DNA of 64,000 bases, taken from a virus. Of this stretch, positions 31,351 to 38,716 are shown piece by piece (the first letter of the stretch is position 1; every line of letters starts with the position of its first letter). The notes beneath the pieces were generated by a model. That model was not told where the DNA came from. It made no database searches and was given only the letters and a program-made list of their open reading frames with translations. The DNA is taken from positions 24,691 to 88,690 of the IMG/VR virus record IMGVR_UViG_3300003691_000002; one strand, written 5' to 3'. A program made the translations under genes and the position numbers.

Positions 31351-31642
31351 CTAAATCTTTACGAAATAAAAACATATAAGATAAAAACATAGCATTACAT
31401 AAAATGTGTCCTACATGATAAAGTTTACTTTCTTTATCATTATCTTCTCCTTCCATAAAAGAAATTATATGTCTTTGCATACTTTCTAATATTTCTGTCC
31501 ACTTTAAACCTTTTTTCCAATTGTGTGCATCATATTTGTTAGCTCCAAACATTAATACTTCTACCATTGGTTTTAAAGCAGAAAAAGAAACTAAAGACCA
31601 TTTTAATTTATTTTTATTTTCTCTTATTCCTAAATTTTTCAT
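31319..31642 (-). CDS. dATP/dGTP diphosphohydrolase domain protein (DUF5664-like)
   Basis: K..WSLV...AL..MV.VL.FGA.KY..HNW.KG, S..RH, D.ES.L.H..H..CN.MFL. Confidence 0.9.
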   Translation of the reverse strand: MKNLGIRENKNKLKWSLVSFSALKPMVEVLMFGANKYDAHNWKKGLKWTEILESMQRHIISFMEGEDNDKESKLYHVGHILCNAMFLSYMFLFRKDLDDRFKDDTMA

Positions 31643-31648
31643 AAAAAT

Positions 31649-31672
31649 ATTCCCCTCAATTAAGAGGGGAAT
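31649..31672 (-). terminator. Hairpin / probable terminator after helicase exon 2
   Basis: ATTCCCCTC-AATTAA-GAGGGGAAT inverted repeat followed by a T-rich run on the minus strand. Confidence 0.6.
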
Positions 31673-31676
31673 TTTA

Positions 31677-32615
31677 TTAATTATTAATTTGTTTTAAAGA
31701 AGTATATACTTTTTGCATATTTGTTATATCATCTGGTTTAGGTAATTCTTTAAAAAAATTAACTGCACCATCAAAAAACAAAGGAGCAACAGTACCTCCT
31801 CCTCCACTTCTACCTCCCAAAATTTCTAAAAATCTGATATGATCTCTAAAAGCTTTAATATCATACCCCATATATTCTGGAAGTTCATGTCTAAAGGGAC
31901 TAAATAATCCCATAATTAAATCAGCATCACGTTGAGTTAATTTACAATCACCTAATCCATTCAAGGTAGGTTTAAGTTTATTAGCTTTAGCGTGTTCAAG
32001 AGATTCTTGAGAAGCTGCTTGTTGTTGAATAACAACAGGTATATAATTATATTTATTTCTAAGTAAAATCAAATAATCAGAAGATAATTTTGTAATAGCT
32101 TGGTGTAAACTTGTATTATTTTCAGGAGTAATAAGTCCAACATGATCTATTATTATCATAACATATTCATCTGGATTATTAGGCTGATAATAATCATCTA
32201 TCTCTATTTTTTGTGTTTTACCTGTTTTGGGATCAGTAATCTCAATTTCTTTTTTATGTTGAGTACCATTAGCTTGCGCGTATTCTCTTAGTATTTTATA
32301 AATTCCAAAAGGATTTCTAATGTTATCTATAAAAGTTACTAATTCTTCTATTTTTTCAAAATAAGGTTTGTATTCCTCTATTTTTTTTAAAATTTCTGGT
32401 GACAATATTTTACTACTTTTAGTACTTCTAAGATCACTAGGAGCCACTCTAATGCCTTCTTTTAAATATAATATATTAGAAAAAGCAGAGAGCATTTTTT
32501 GTTCTTTAGACATTTCTAAACTAAAATAAAATATTTTTAATTTTATGTTTAGATTTTCATCAATTACTTTGCGAATAGGATTATAAACAAATAACCAATC
32601 AGTTATTTGCGTTTT
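31677..32615 (-). CDS. dnaB: Replicative DnaB-like (SF4) helicase, exon 2 (starts at Walker A KT)
   Basis: KTQ, FSLEM, IIIDH, IQQQ, LGDCK.TQRDAD, GR motifs. Lacks the first part of Walker A, which is encoded at 34789-34953. Confidence 0.9.
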   Translation of the reverse strand, partial: KTQITDWLFVYNPIRKVIDENLNIKLKIFYFSLEMSKEQKMLSAFSNILYLKEGIRVAPSDLRSTKSSKILSPEILKKIEEYKPYFEKIEELVTFIDNIRNPFGIYKILREYAQANGTQHKKEIEITDPKTGKTQKIEIDDYYQPNNPDEYVMIIIDHVGLITPENNTSLHQAITKLSSDYLILLRNKYNYIPVVIQQQAASQESLEHAKANKLKPTLNGLGDCKLTQRDADLIMGLFSPFRHELPEYMGYDIKAFRDHIRFLEILGGRSGGGGTVAPLFFDGAVNFFKELPKPDDITNMQKVYTSLKQINN

Positions 32616-32692
32616 CAATTTGTTACTAAAAAAGAAAATTCTTTTTCGATTAGGCCATTTCTGCCTAATTCTATAATTTAATATATAAAAAA

Positions 32693-33439
32693 TTATTCTA
32701 CTAATATTACTTCCTCATAAACAACTGAATCAAATACTACTGCATTTGAAAAATCTAATTCACTTTTATTAATAATCCAAACTTTAATATTGTTACTAGA
32801 TTTTACATTATGGGTTGTGTGAGTTAAAACTGAAGGATAATTAGATAAAACAGTATCAATAATACCATATCTAAGTTGAGCTTTTACTTCTGGTATTTCT
32901 TCCTCTTCTGCATCATTAAATTTATTATTTTCATCTGCTATATTAGTAGATAATAAAAAAAGAGTATTATCCATTTCTTCCATAACAGTGTTTATAGTAG
33001 ATGCAAAAATAGCTTCTGTAACAATATTTTTATCTTTTACTAAATTGTTATAAGTTAAAAATTCATCAAATACTTTATTATTTAGTAAAGAAGAAATAAA
33101 AGGATTAATTCCATAAATTTCTAAAATAGCACAACTAATAGGAGATTGTGTGTAAGAAAAGTTATCAAAAATATTTTTTAAAGTAAATATTTTTCCTTCA
33201 TTATATATTAAAGATAAATCTGTATTTTTTTGATGTAATTTTAACTTATTAATATCAAATTTTTCTTCTTCTTGTTTAACAATTTGGAAAAGTGATTTAC
33301 TATATTGTTGAAGAAGATTTAAATCATTTATAATTTCATATTTATCTTCTGTTTCATTTTCAACATTATAGATTTTATTAACAGATATTCTAAAATTTTT
33401 AGAATTTGTACATCTAATTTGTGTTGTCTTGAGATTCAT
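32693..33439 (-). CDS. Intron-borne hypothetical protein (in the P9 loop)
   Basis: 248 aa. Small N-terminal beta domain (IRC.N...ISVNKIY.V...Y.IIND...Y.K.LF). No homing endonuclease motif seen. Confidence 0.75.
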   Translation of the reverse strand: MNLKTTQIRCTNSKNFRISVNKIYNVENETEDKYEIINDLNLLQQYSKSLFQIVKQEEEKFDINKLKLHQKNTDLSLIYNEGKIFTLKNIFDNFSYTQSPISCAILEIYGINPFISSLLNNKVFDEFLTYNNLVKDKNIVTEAIFASTINTVMEEMDNTLFLLSTNIADENNKFNDAEEEEIPEVKAQLRYGIIDTVLSNYPSVLTHTTHNVKSSNNIKVWIINKSELDFSNAVVFDSVVYEEVILVE

Positions 33440-33489
33440 TTTTATAATTTTTTATATTTTATATTTATAGTTCGGACTGTCTCATCAAC

Positions 33490-33606
33490 CTAATTACAAC
33501 ATTTTTTACATTGTAATGCTTGATGTAATAAATAATCAGGTACATAAAATATATTTGTACAATTATTATTACAACATTCTTTTGGTTTTTTTACATTATA
33601 ATCCAT
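33490..33606 (-). CDS. Intron-borne Cys-rich mini-protein (38 aa, in the P8 loop; not in ORF track)
   Basis: MDYNVKKPKECCNNNCTNIFYVPDYLLHQALQCKKCCN; the start overlaps the end of the upstream ORF; zinc-ribbon-like Cys pairs. Confidence 0.6.
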   Translation of the reverse strand: MDYNVKKPKECCNNNCTNIFYVPDYLLHQALQCKKCCN

Positions 33607-34030
33607 ATTTTTTTAATTTTTCATCAAGTAATGGTTTTTCTTCATCTGGTAAAGAATCCCAATATTCCATTAAAATAAAATATACTTTTTTATAATCAGG
33701 TTGTTCCTTGTCAGTCTCTACACCGTTTTGTAAAATTAATTCAATTTCATACAAAGTATTTATAGATGTTCTTTTTCCATTTTGATAATCTATACATAAT
33801 TGTTTAATTTTATCAAGTGACGGCACGGGATTGTCTTCAACTAATAAATTGTAATCTGGTTTATTATACCAATCTTCTCTATATTTAGTTTTTTCTTTTT
33901 CAATTTCTTGAACTTTTTCATCTACTAATTGTTTAAGAAGTTCTATTTCATTTTTATGAAAAATTAGATTAAAATTTAATTTATATTGAATATTTTGTAA
34001 ATCTACATAATTTATTGGTATTTTTTTCAT
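33596..34030 (-). CDS. Intron-borne hypothetical protein overlapping the ribozyme core
   Basis: 144-aa ORF. The codons for EDNPVP and NGVETDKEQPDY are the intron Q and R/P7/P3'/P8 elements. Confidence 0.65.
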   Translation of the reverse strand: MKKIPINYVDLQNIQYKLNFNLIFHKNEIELLKQLVDEKVQEIEKEKTKYREDWYNKPDYNLLVEDNPVPSLDKIKQLCIDYQNGKRTSINTLYEIELILQNGVETDKEQPDYKKVYFILMEYWDSLPDEEKPLLDEKLKKYGL

Positions 34031-34068
34031 TGATTACATTTTATAATATTAAAGATTTTCCCCGTTTG

Positions 34069-34353
34069 CTAAAATTTTTCTTGCACAAATTTTAAAAACT
34101 CTGCAATAATTTTATCAGGATTTTCATTTTTATAAATTTGGCAAAATTGGCGTGCTAACTCTAATAATGATTCATAGTAATCATCTTGAATTAACTGAAT
34201 GTTCCTAATTTCTATTAAATTAGGAAATTTAACAGGAAGTTTTCTTTGTAGACTATTAACATTGTCTACTCTTACAAATTTTGTTATGATTTTCTCATCA
34301 AAAATTGTATCATCATCTGTTTCTACAAGTAATTCAAGAAAGTATGTTTTCAT
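34069..34353 (-). CDS. Intron-borne hypothetical protein
   Basis: 94 aa, ATGA-coupled to the upstream ORF. Confidence 0.7.
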   Translation of the reverse strand: MKTYFLELLVETDDDTIFDEKIITKFVRVDNVNSLQRKLPVKFPNLIEIRNIQLIQDDYYESLLELARQFCQIYKNENPDKIIAEFLKFVQEKF

Positions 34354-34733
34354 TTTCTTTTACGAGAATAAATTATTGAAGAGTCAGGTAATAAAATATA
34401 ATCTTTGCCTCTAAAAGCATATCTAAGAATATCTTTTGGATTTTTCTCTATACTTTTTCCTACTACTCTATTATTTATATCCATTAAATAAATACTTCTT
34501 GTATTATTTCTTTTATTAATATTGATAGTAGGAGTAAGTAAATTTAATTTTGCTTTTTTAGAAATTCTTTTAGATAAAACTTTAATAGTTTTATAAATAA
34601 CATCTTTAAGAACTATATTTTCTCCAGTAATTTCTTTTAAAGCGTGTAAATTAAATCCTTCTTCTTCGGGAAAAAATTCATTTATTACCTCTAATACAAT
34701 TAATTCTTTTTCATTTTTTGTATCTACATTCAT
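34350..34733 (-). CDS. Intron-borne hypothetical protein
   Basis: 127-aa ORF starting 55 nt inside the intron. Confidence 0.7.
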   Translation of the reverse strand: MNVDTKNEKELIVLEVINEFFPEEEGFNLHALKEITGENIVLKDVIYKTIKVLSKRISKKAKLNLLTPTININKRNNTRSIYLMDINNRVVGKSIEKNPKDILRYAFRGKDYILLPDSSIIYSRKRK

Positions 34734-34788
34734 TTTAACTTAATTCGGAATTTGCTGTAAATGTTACCACTTACAGGGGCAAAACTTT

Positions 34789-34953
34789 ACCCACTTTCGT
34801 ATTCGCAGTTAGTAAATAATATTTACCTTGTTCAATACCTGGATTTTCATTTTCAAAACGAGGTAATCCCCAAGGAATACAATTCACATGACCGTCAAGG
34901 ATTCTGTCTCTACGATCATTTATATCTTTTAAAACTCTATTATATAAGCTCAT
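34789..34953 (-). CDS. dnaB: Replicative DnaB-like helicase, exon 1 (55 codons)
   Basis: NCIPWGLPRFE...PGIEQGKYYLLTANTKVG is the SF4 helicase N-terminus and first part of Walker A. Spliced product is 367 aa. Confidence 0.9.
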
Positions 34954-35570
34954 TAAGATAATTTACTTGTCCAATCGTCATCTGTATTGGCTCCTTGTAG
35001 AATTTCATCTACATATGCAGAAAGACGAGAAGCTTCATTTTTTTTAGTGTCTTGTTTGTATATAAAATAATCTGCTCTTTGAAGAAATCTAGGGTCTCTA
35101 CCTTCAGTATTAATATAAAGATCAACAGCTTTTAAAATCACATCTAATTCAATACCTTTATTGGCTTGAATCCATCTTTTTAGTTTTGATTTAACAGCGG
35201 TTCTATCTCCCATAGCTCCTACTTTAAGACCTTTCCATTTACTCCTAAAAACATCTACAAAATTATCAATTTGTTCATTTAATTTTCGATCAGATATTTT
35301 TATTGTTTTTTTCTTTTTTTCAAATTGTAAATCTGCAGATATAGTATAGAATTCAATTAATTCTTTACCTGCTTCTCTAAGAGTAATATTATTTGTAGTA
35401 ATTTTAATTAATTTTTTATCTTCTAATGTTTTTAAATTCTCTTCAGTTAAAGAATCAACATTAGGAGATAATTTATCACCACTAAACAAATAATATAGAA
35501 ATAATAATTCATCAAAAGTTATTTTATAATAATCAAGAACATTTTTGTCAATAATCAAAAAAGTCCTCAT
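34953..35570 (-). CDS. Putative replication initiator / helicase-associated winged-helix protein
   Basis: wHTH-like N-terminus (LKTLEDKKLIKI...TLREAG); stop overlaps the helicase ATG. Confidence 0.45.
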   Translation of the reverse strand: MRTFLIIDKNVLDYYKITFDELLFLYYLFSGDKLSPNVDSLTEENLKTLEDKKLIKITTNNITLREAGKELIEFYTISADLQFEKKKKTIKISDRKLNEQIDNFVDVFRSKWKGLKVGAMGDRTAVKSKLKRWIQANKGIELDVILKAVDLYINTEGRDPRFLQRADYFIYKQDTKKNEASRLSAYVDEILQGANTDDDWTSKLS

Positions 35571-35754
35571 TTGTGTCTGTATAATTTACATTGATACTAT
35601 GAATGTAATCCTCTGCTATTTCAGAAGAAGTTTTACCAGTTCCTTCACATATATTACATTTTTTTTTATATTTGCCTCTAAGAACTATTTCTCCTGTACC
35701 TAAGCAACAAGGACATTCTACATCTTTACTCATATTTAAATTGTTAAAATACAT
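35548..35754 (-). CDS. DnaJ-type zinc-finger protein
   Basis: CPCCLGTG and CNICEGTG (CxxCxGxG twice). Confidence 0.75.
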   Translation of the reverse strand: MYFNNLNMSKDVECPCCLGTGEIVLRGKYKKKCNICEGTGKTSSEIAEDYIHSINVNYTDTNEDFFDY

Positions 35755-35998
35755 CCTTAAAAGATAAAGTGTATTGATGTCCTCCTATGTCAATGTTTCT
35801 ACTTTTTTCTTGTTCAAGAATATTTATAATTTCATATATAGACATATCAAGTTCAAACCACTCTAACAATTTATTTTTTATAGTGATTAAATCATCTTTG
35901 TAGATTTCATATAAATAATCTACTGCAAATTGAGGTTTATCATAAAAAGTAATAAATTGTTTTAAACTTTCAAGTTTTTTTGTATCAATTTTTGTCAT
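35744..35998 (-). CDS. Hypothetical protein
   Basis: 84-aa ORF in the operon. Confidence 0.6.
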   Translation of the reverse strand: MTKIDTKKLESLKQFITFYDKPQFAVDYLYEIYKDDLITIKNKLLEWFELDMSIYEIINILEQEKSRNIDIGGHQYTLSFKDVF

Positions 35999-35999
35999 A

Positions 36000-37967
36000 T
36001 TAATGATTCCAGAAATTAGTTATTACAGCAGAAGCCTTTAATGGTATAATTTTACACCATTTATCTCCTGCTTTTTTCATACACTTTTCTAAGTTAGTAG
36101 CTACTAACTCTGCAATCTCTTGGTTACATTCTACATTAATTTCATCATGTACTATATTAGTAATAAATACTTTTGTTTGCAGATTTGATTTAAGTATCCA
36201 ATTTCTAAATAATATAGTAGCATATTTTGTAATACTTCCTGCTTCTCCTTGAATAGGATAATTTAAAGCATTACGTTTAATTTTACTTACTTCTGTAGGA
36301 GATTTAGGTTCATAAAACCAATTTTTCCTATTAGTAATATTATCAATTAAAATATAACCTGTTTTGAGAGTTCTACGTTGTACTGTATCAAAATAAAGTT
36401 TTAAACCAGGAAAGGCTTTAAAATAAGCGTCATAAACTTTATCACCTACTTCCGTAGATACTCCTAAATTTTCAGCAATAGTATAGCCATTGCCACCATA
36501 GTTAATGGCAAAACCAGCAGCTTTGGCTATTTGCCTTTTATCTTTGTGATTGTCTTTAATTTCTTTTAGAGATAAATTTGCAAGTTCTGGAAATATTTTA
36601 GATGCTACAAAGCTGTGCATATCTCCAAGACCTTGTTTATAAAAAGAAATTAAATCTTCATCACGAGATTTATTTGCAAGAATAATTTGTTCTTGTCCAG
36701 AATAGTCTGCATTTACAATTTTAAATAAGGAAGGTGCATCAAATGCTTTTCTGAACTCTTCTTTTGCTGGTATATTTTGAAGATTAGGACCACTGCTACT
36801 AATGCGACCAGTGGCAAGAATTTGTTTATAATTACTATGTAATCTACCTGTAATTGGATGAATATGTTTAAAAAAATCTTTTCCAAAGGTAGTACAAGAT
36901 TGTTCATATTCTTTGTATAATAAATAATCTTCAATAAAAGTCTTTAAATCTTCTGGTATATCTTTATTAATTGTATTTAAAGAGCTTTTAACAACATTAG
37001 CATTAACAGTATAAGATAATTCTTTTGTAGTAGTAGAAACAGCTTGTGGGCATATATTCAAATGTTTAAATAAATCTACAACCTGTTTAGGACTACCCCA
37101 ATTTATATTGGTTTTAATTTCATTTGAAAATAAATCTAATTGTTTTTCTATAAATTTACTATCACCTAAATTATTTAAAACAAAATTATTTAGTTTATTT
37201 TCGTACTGTTTAAATATAACTAAATTATCTTCATAAGTTTTTAACCATATTTCTTTATTGAAATGCATTCCTTTATATTCAATGTCACCTAAGACTTCTA
37301 TGAATAACATTTCTAATTTTAAACATGGCATTAAATTATGTCTTACAATTTTATTGAGTTGTGCTGTTCTTATTTTAAGAGGATAATAAATATCCCAAGC
37401 ACCATACTCAATTTCTTCTTTTTTAAAATCTTTTTGACCAATAGTACTAAAATTAGACCTGGTGTTTTTGTCTATATCTATATCTAAATACTTTTGGACA
37501 ATAGCTTTTAAAGAGAAGTTTGTTTTATAACCATTTTTTAAAATTTGCTCCACAATCATAGTATCGTATAAATTATTTATACGAACATTATAATTGTGTA
37601 ATATATGTTTATATTCAAATTTTAAATTGTGCCCTACTACTACAACAAGAGGGTCTGTAAGTAAAGACAATATACTGGTTATATTATTAATTTTTCTTAC
37701 ATCAATAATATATTGTCTTTCTAAATCACCTATCTGAAACATTATTATTTCAGATAAGTAAGGATCTAATCCTTCTTTGTTTTTATAAATCTTACCTTTA
37801 TAAAATTTATCTTTTATTTGTTTGTCAATCTTTCCGCCAAACTTACGGGTTGTTTCTATATCTAATGAGATTATTTTTTTCTCTTTTAGATAATTATAAC
37901 AATCTTCTAAAGTAGCACTCTTAAACTCAGAATGATTAAATCCTATTGTAAAAATGCTTAAATTCAT
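36000..37967 (-). CDS. polA: Family A DNA polymerase with 3'-5' exonuclease
   Basis: DIETT, HNLKFE, YGAWD exonuclease motifs; TGRISS..PNLQNIP, ADYSGQE, R..AKAAGFAINYG, NYPIQG, VHDE. Confidence 0.95.
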   Translation of the reverse strand: MNLSIFTIGFNHSEFKSATLEDCYNYLKEKKIISLDIETTRKFGGKIDKQIKDKFYKGKIYKNKEGLDPYLSEIIMFQIGDLERQYIIDVRKINNITSILSLLTDPLVVVVGHNLKFEYKHILHNYNVRINNLYDTMIVEQILKNGYKTNFSLKAIVQKYLDIDIDKNTRSNFSTIGQKDFKKEEIEYGAWDIYYPLKIRTAQLNKIVRHNLMPCLKLEMLFIEVLGDIEYKGMHFNKEIWLKTYEDNLVIFKQYENKLNNFVLNNLGDSKFIEKQLDLFSNEIKTNINWGSPKQVVDLFKHLNICPQAVSTTTKELSYTVNANVVKSSLNTINKDIPEDLKTFIEDYLLYKEYEQSCTTFGKDFFKHIHPITGRLHSNYKQILATGRISSSGPNLQNIPAKEEFRKAFDAPSLFKIVNADYSGQEQIILANKSRDEDLISFYKQGLGDMHSFVASKIFPELANLSLKEIKDNHKDKRQIAKAAGFAINYGGNGYTIAENLGVSTEVGDKVYDAYFKAFPGLKLYFDTVQRRTLKTGYILIDNITNRKNWFYEPKSPTEVSKIKRNALNYPIQGEAGSITKYATILFRNWILKSNLQTKVFITNIVHDEINVECNQEIAELVATNLEKCMKKAGDKWCKIIPLKASAVITNFWNH

Positions 37968-37978
37968 ATTTAAAATAT

Positions 37979-38221
37979 TTAGTCTTGTCTAACTAAATAC
38001 TTTTTACAAAATAAATTTAAGATTTTAATATAAATGTGATTTTTATTATATTTATATATTCTTTGGGTGTCGTTATGAAAAATATGAAGATATAAATTTC
38101 CTTTTAATATAACAAATTTTTCACGTATTCTATATTCTTTAATACTTTTTCTTTTAAGATTTGCAAGTATTTTTTTTCTACGCCATACATATTTATTTTT
38201 AAAAGTTTTTACATGTATCAT
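37979..38221 (-). CDS. Hypothetical basic protein
   Basis: 80-aa ORF in the operon. Confidence 0.5.
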   Translation of the reverse strand: MIHVKTFKNKYVWRRKKILANLKRKSIKEYRIREKFVILKGNLYLHIFHNDTQRIYKYNKNHIYIKILNLFCKKYLVRQD

Positions 38222-38224
38222 AAT

Positions 38225-38419
38225 TTAAAATACTAGATTGTAATTTTTTTCTTCTAATATGGAATATAAAAATTCTGCTACAAATACACTTTTTTCATTA
38301 ATTAATTCTATGTCAGAACTTAATGTAGTATATAAATTAATAATACACCCAAAAGAATAAGCTTGTTCAATAAGTTCTATGTAATATTCTAAAATAGCTA
38401 ATATATCTTTTTCTGACAT
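38225..38419 (-). CDS. Hypothetical protein
   Basis: 64-aa ORF in the operon. Confidence 0.5.
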   Translation of the reverse strand: MSEKDILAILEYYIELIEQAYSFGCIINLYTTLSSDIELINEKSVFVAEFLYSILEEKNYNLVF

Positions 38420-38445
38420 TTTTATATAATTATAGCATAAATAAT

Positions 38446-38709
38446 TTATTTAAAAAATCCTATAAAAAAAAGAACAATAAAAACTAAATACCCAATGGGC
38501 AATATAATTTTCTCATAAACTGCCTCTGTTTCTGCGTCCAATAAAAAAGTTTTTGTGTAAAATACAATACTTACACCTGTAAAAATTAAGAAGAAACCAG
38601 AAATAAGGCTTAAATAATCTCCTCCATTAATAATTTGATGTATAAGCATACCTATTCCCAGTAATATTACCAGGAATGGGTATACTTGTTTAATTAAATT
38701 TTGTTTCAT
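38446..38709 (-). CDS. Three-TM membrane protein
   Basis: 87 aa, three hydrophobic helices. Confidence 0.7.
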   Translation of the reverse strand: MKQNLIKQVYPFLVILLGIGMLIHQIINGGDYLSLISGFFLIFTGVSIVFYTKTFLLDAETEAVYEKIILPIGYLVFIVLFFIGFFK

Positions 38710-38716
38710 TTTATTA

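Larger units (their letters stand above)
32616..34788 (-). mobile_element. Group I self-splicing intron (2173 nt) in the helicase gene, carrying five internal ORFs
   Basis: 5' exon GGGU pairs with intron GCCC (P1, U.G at the splice site). P10 GUUUU pairs with 3' exon AAAAC. P2 has a GUAA loop. P AAACGGGGAA (34067-34058), Q AAUCCCGUGCCG (33832-33821), R CGGUGUAGAGACUGA (33725-33711), S AUGAGACAGUCC (33485-33474). Terminal G at 32616. Splicing restores ANTKVG|KTQ in frame. Confidence 0.9.

Noticed and set aside
28753-31642. Z-DNA, uracil-DNA or hydroxymethyl-pyrimidine genome modification
   Set aside because: No purZ in the window; ThyA has canonical dUMP-type motifs (PFNIASY); no hydroxymethylase or glycosyltransferase was seen.
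32616-32618. TTG start called by the ORF track for a 313-aa helicase
   Set aside because: These are the last three intron bases, ending in the omega-G; a product starting here would lack most of Walker A.
34440-34510. NUMOD1-like DNA-binding motif (RSIYLMDINNRVVG) suggesting a homing endonuclease remnant
   Set aside because: Similarity is too weak, the following helix pattern is missing, and there is no nuclease domain.
32616-34788. Split intein or simple gene fission as the explanation for the broken helicase
   Set aside because: Walker A is a common intein site, but exon 1 continues KVLPL* with no Cys/Ser/Ala-initiated intein domain, and nothing ending His-Asn precedes KTQ. The RNA-level group I signals fit exactly.
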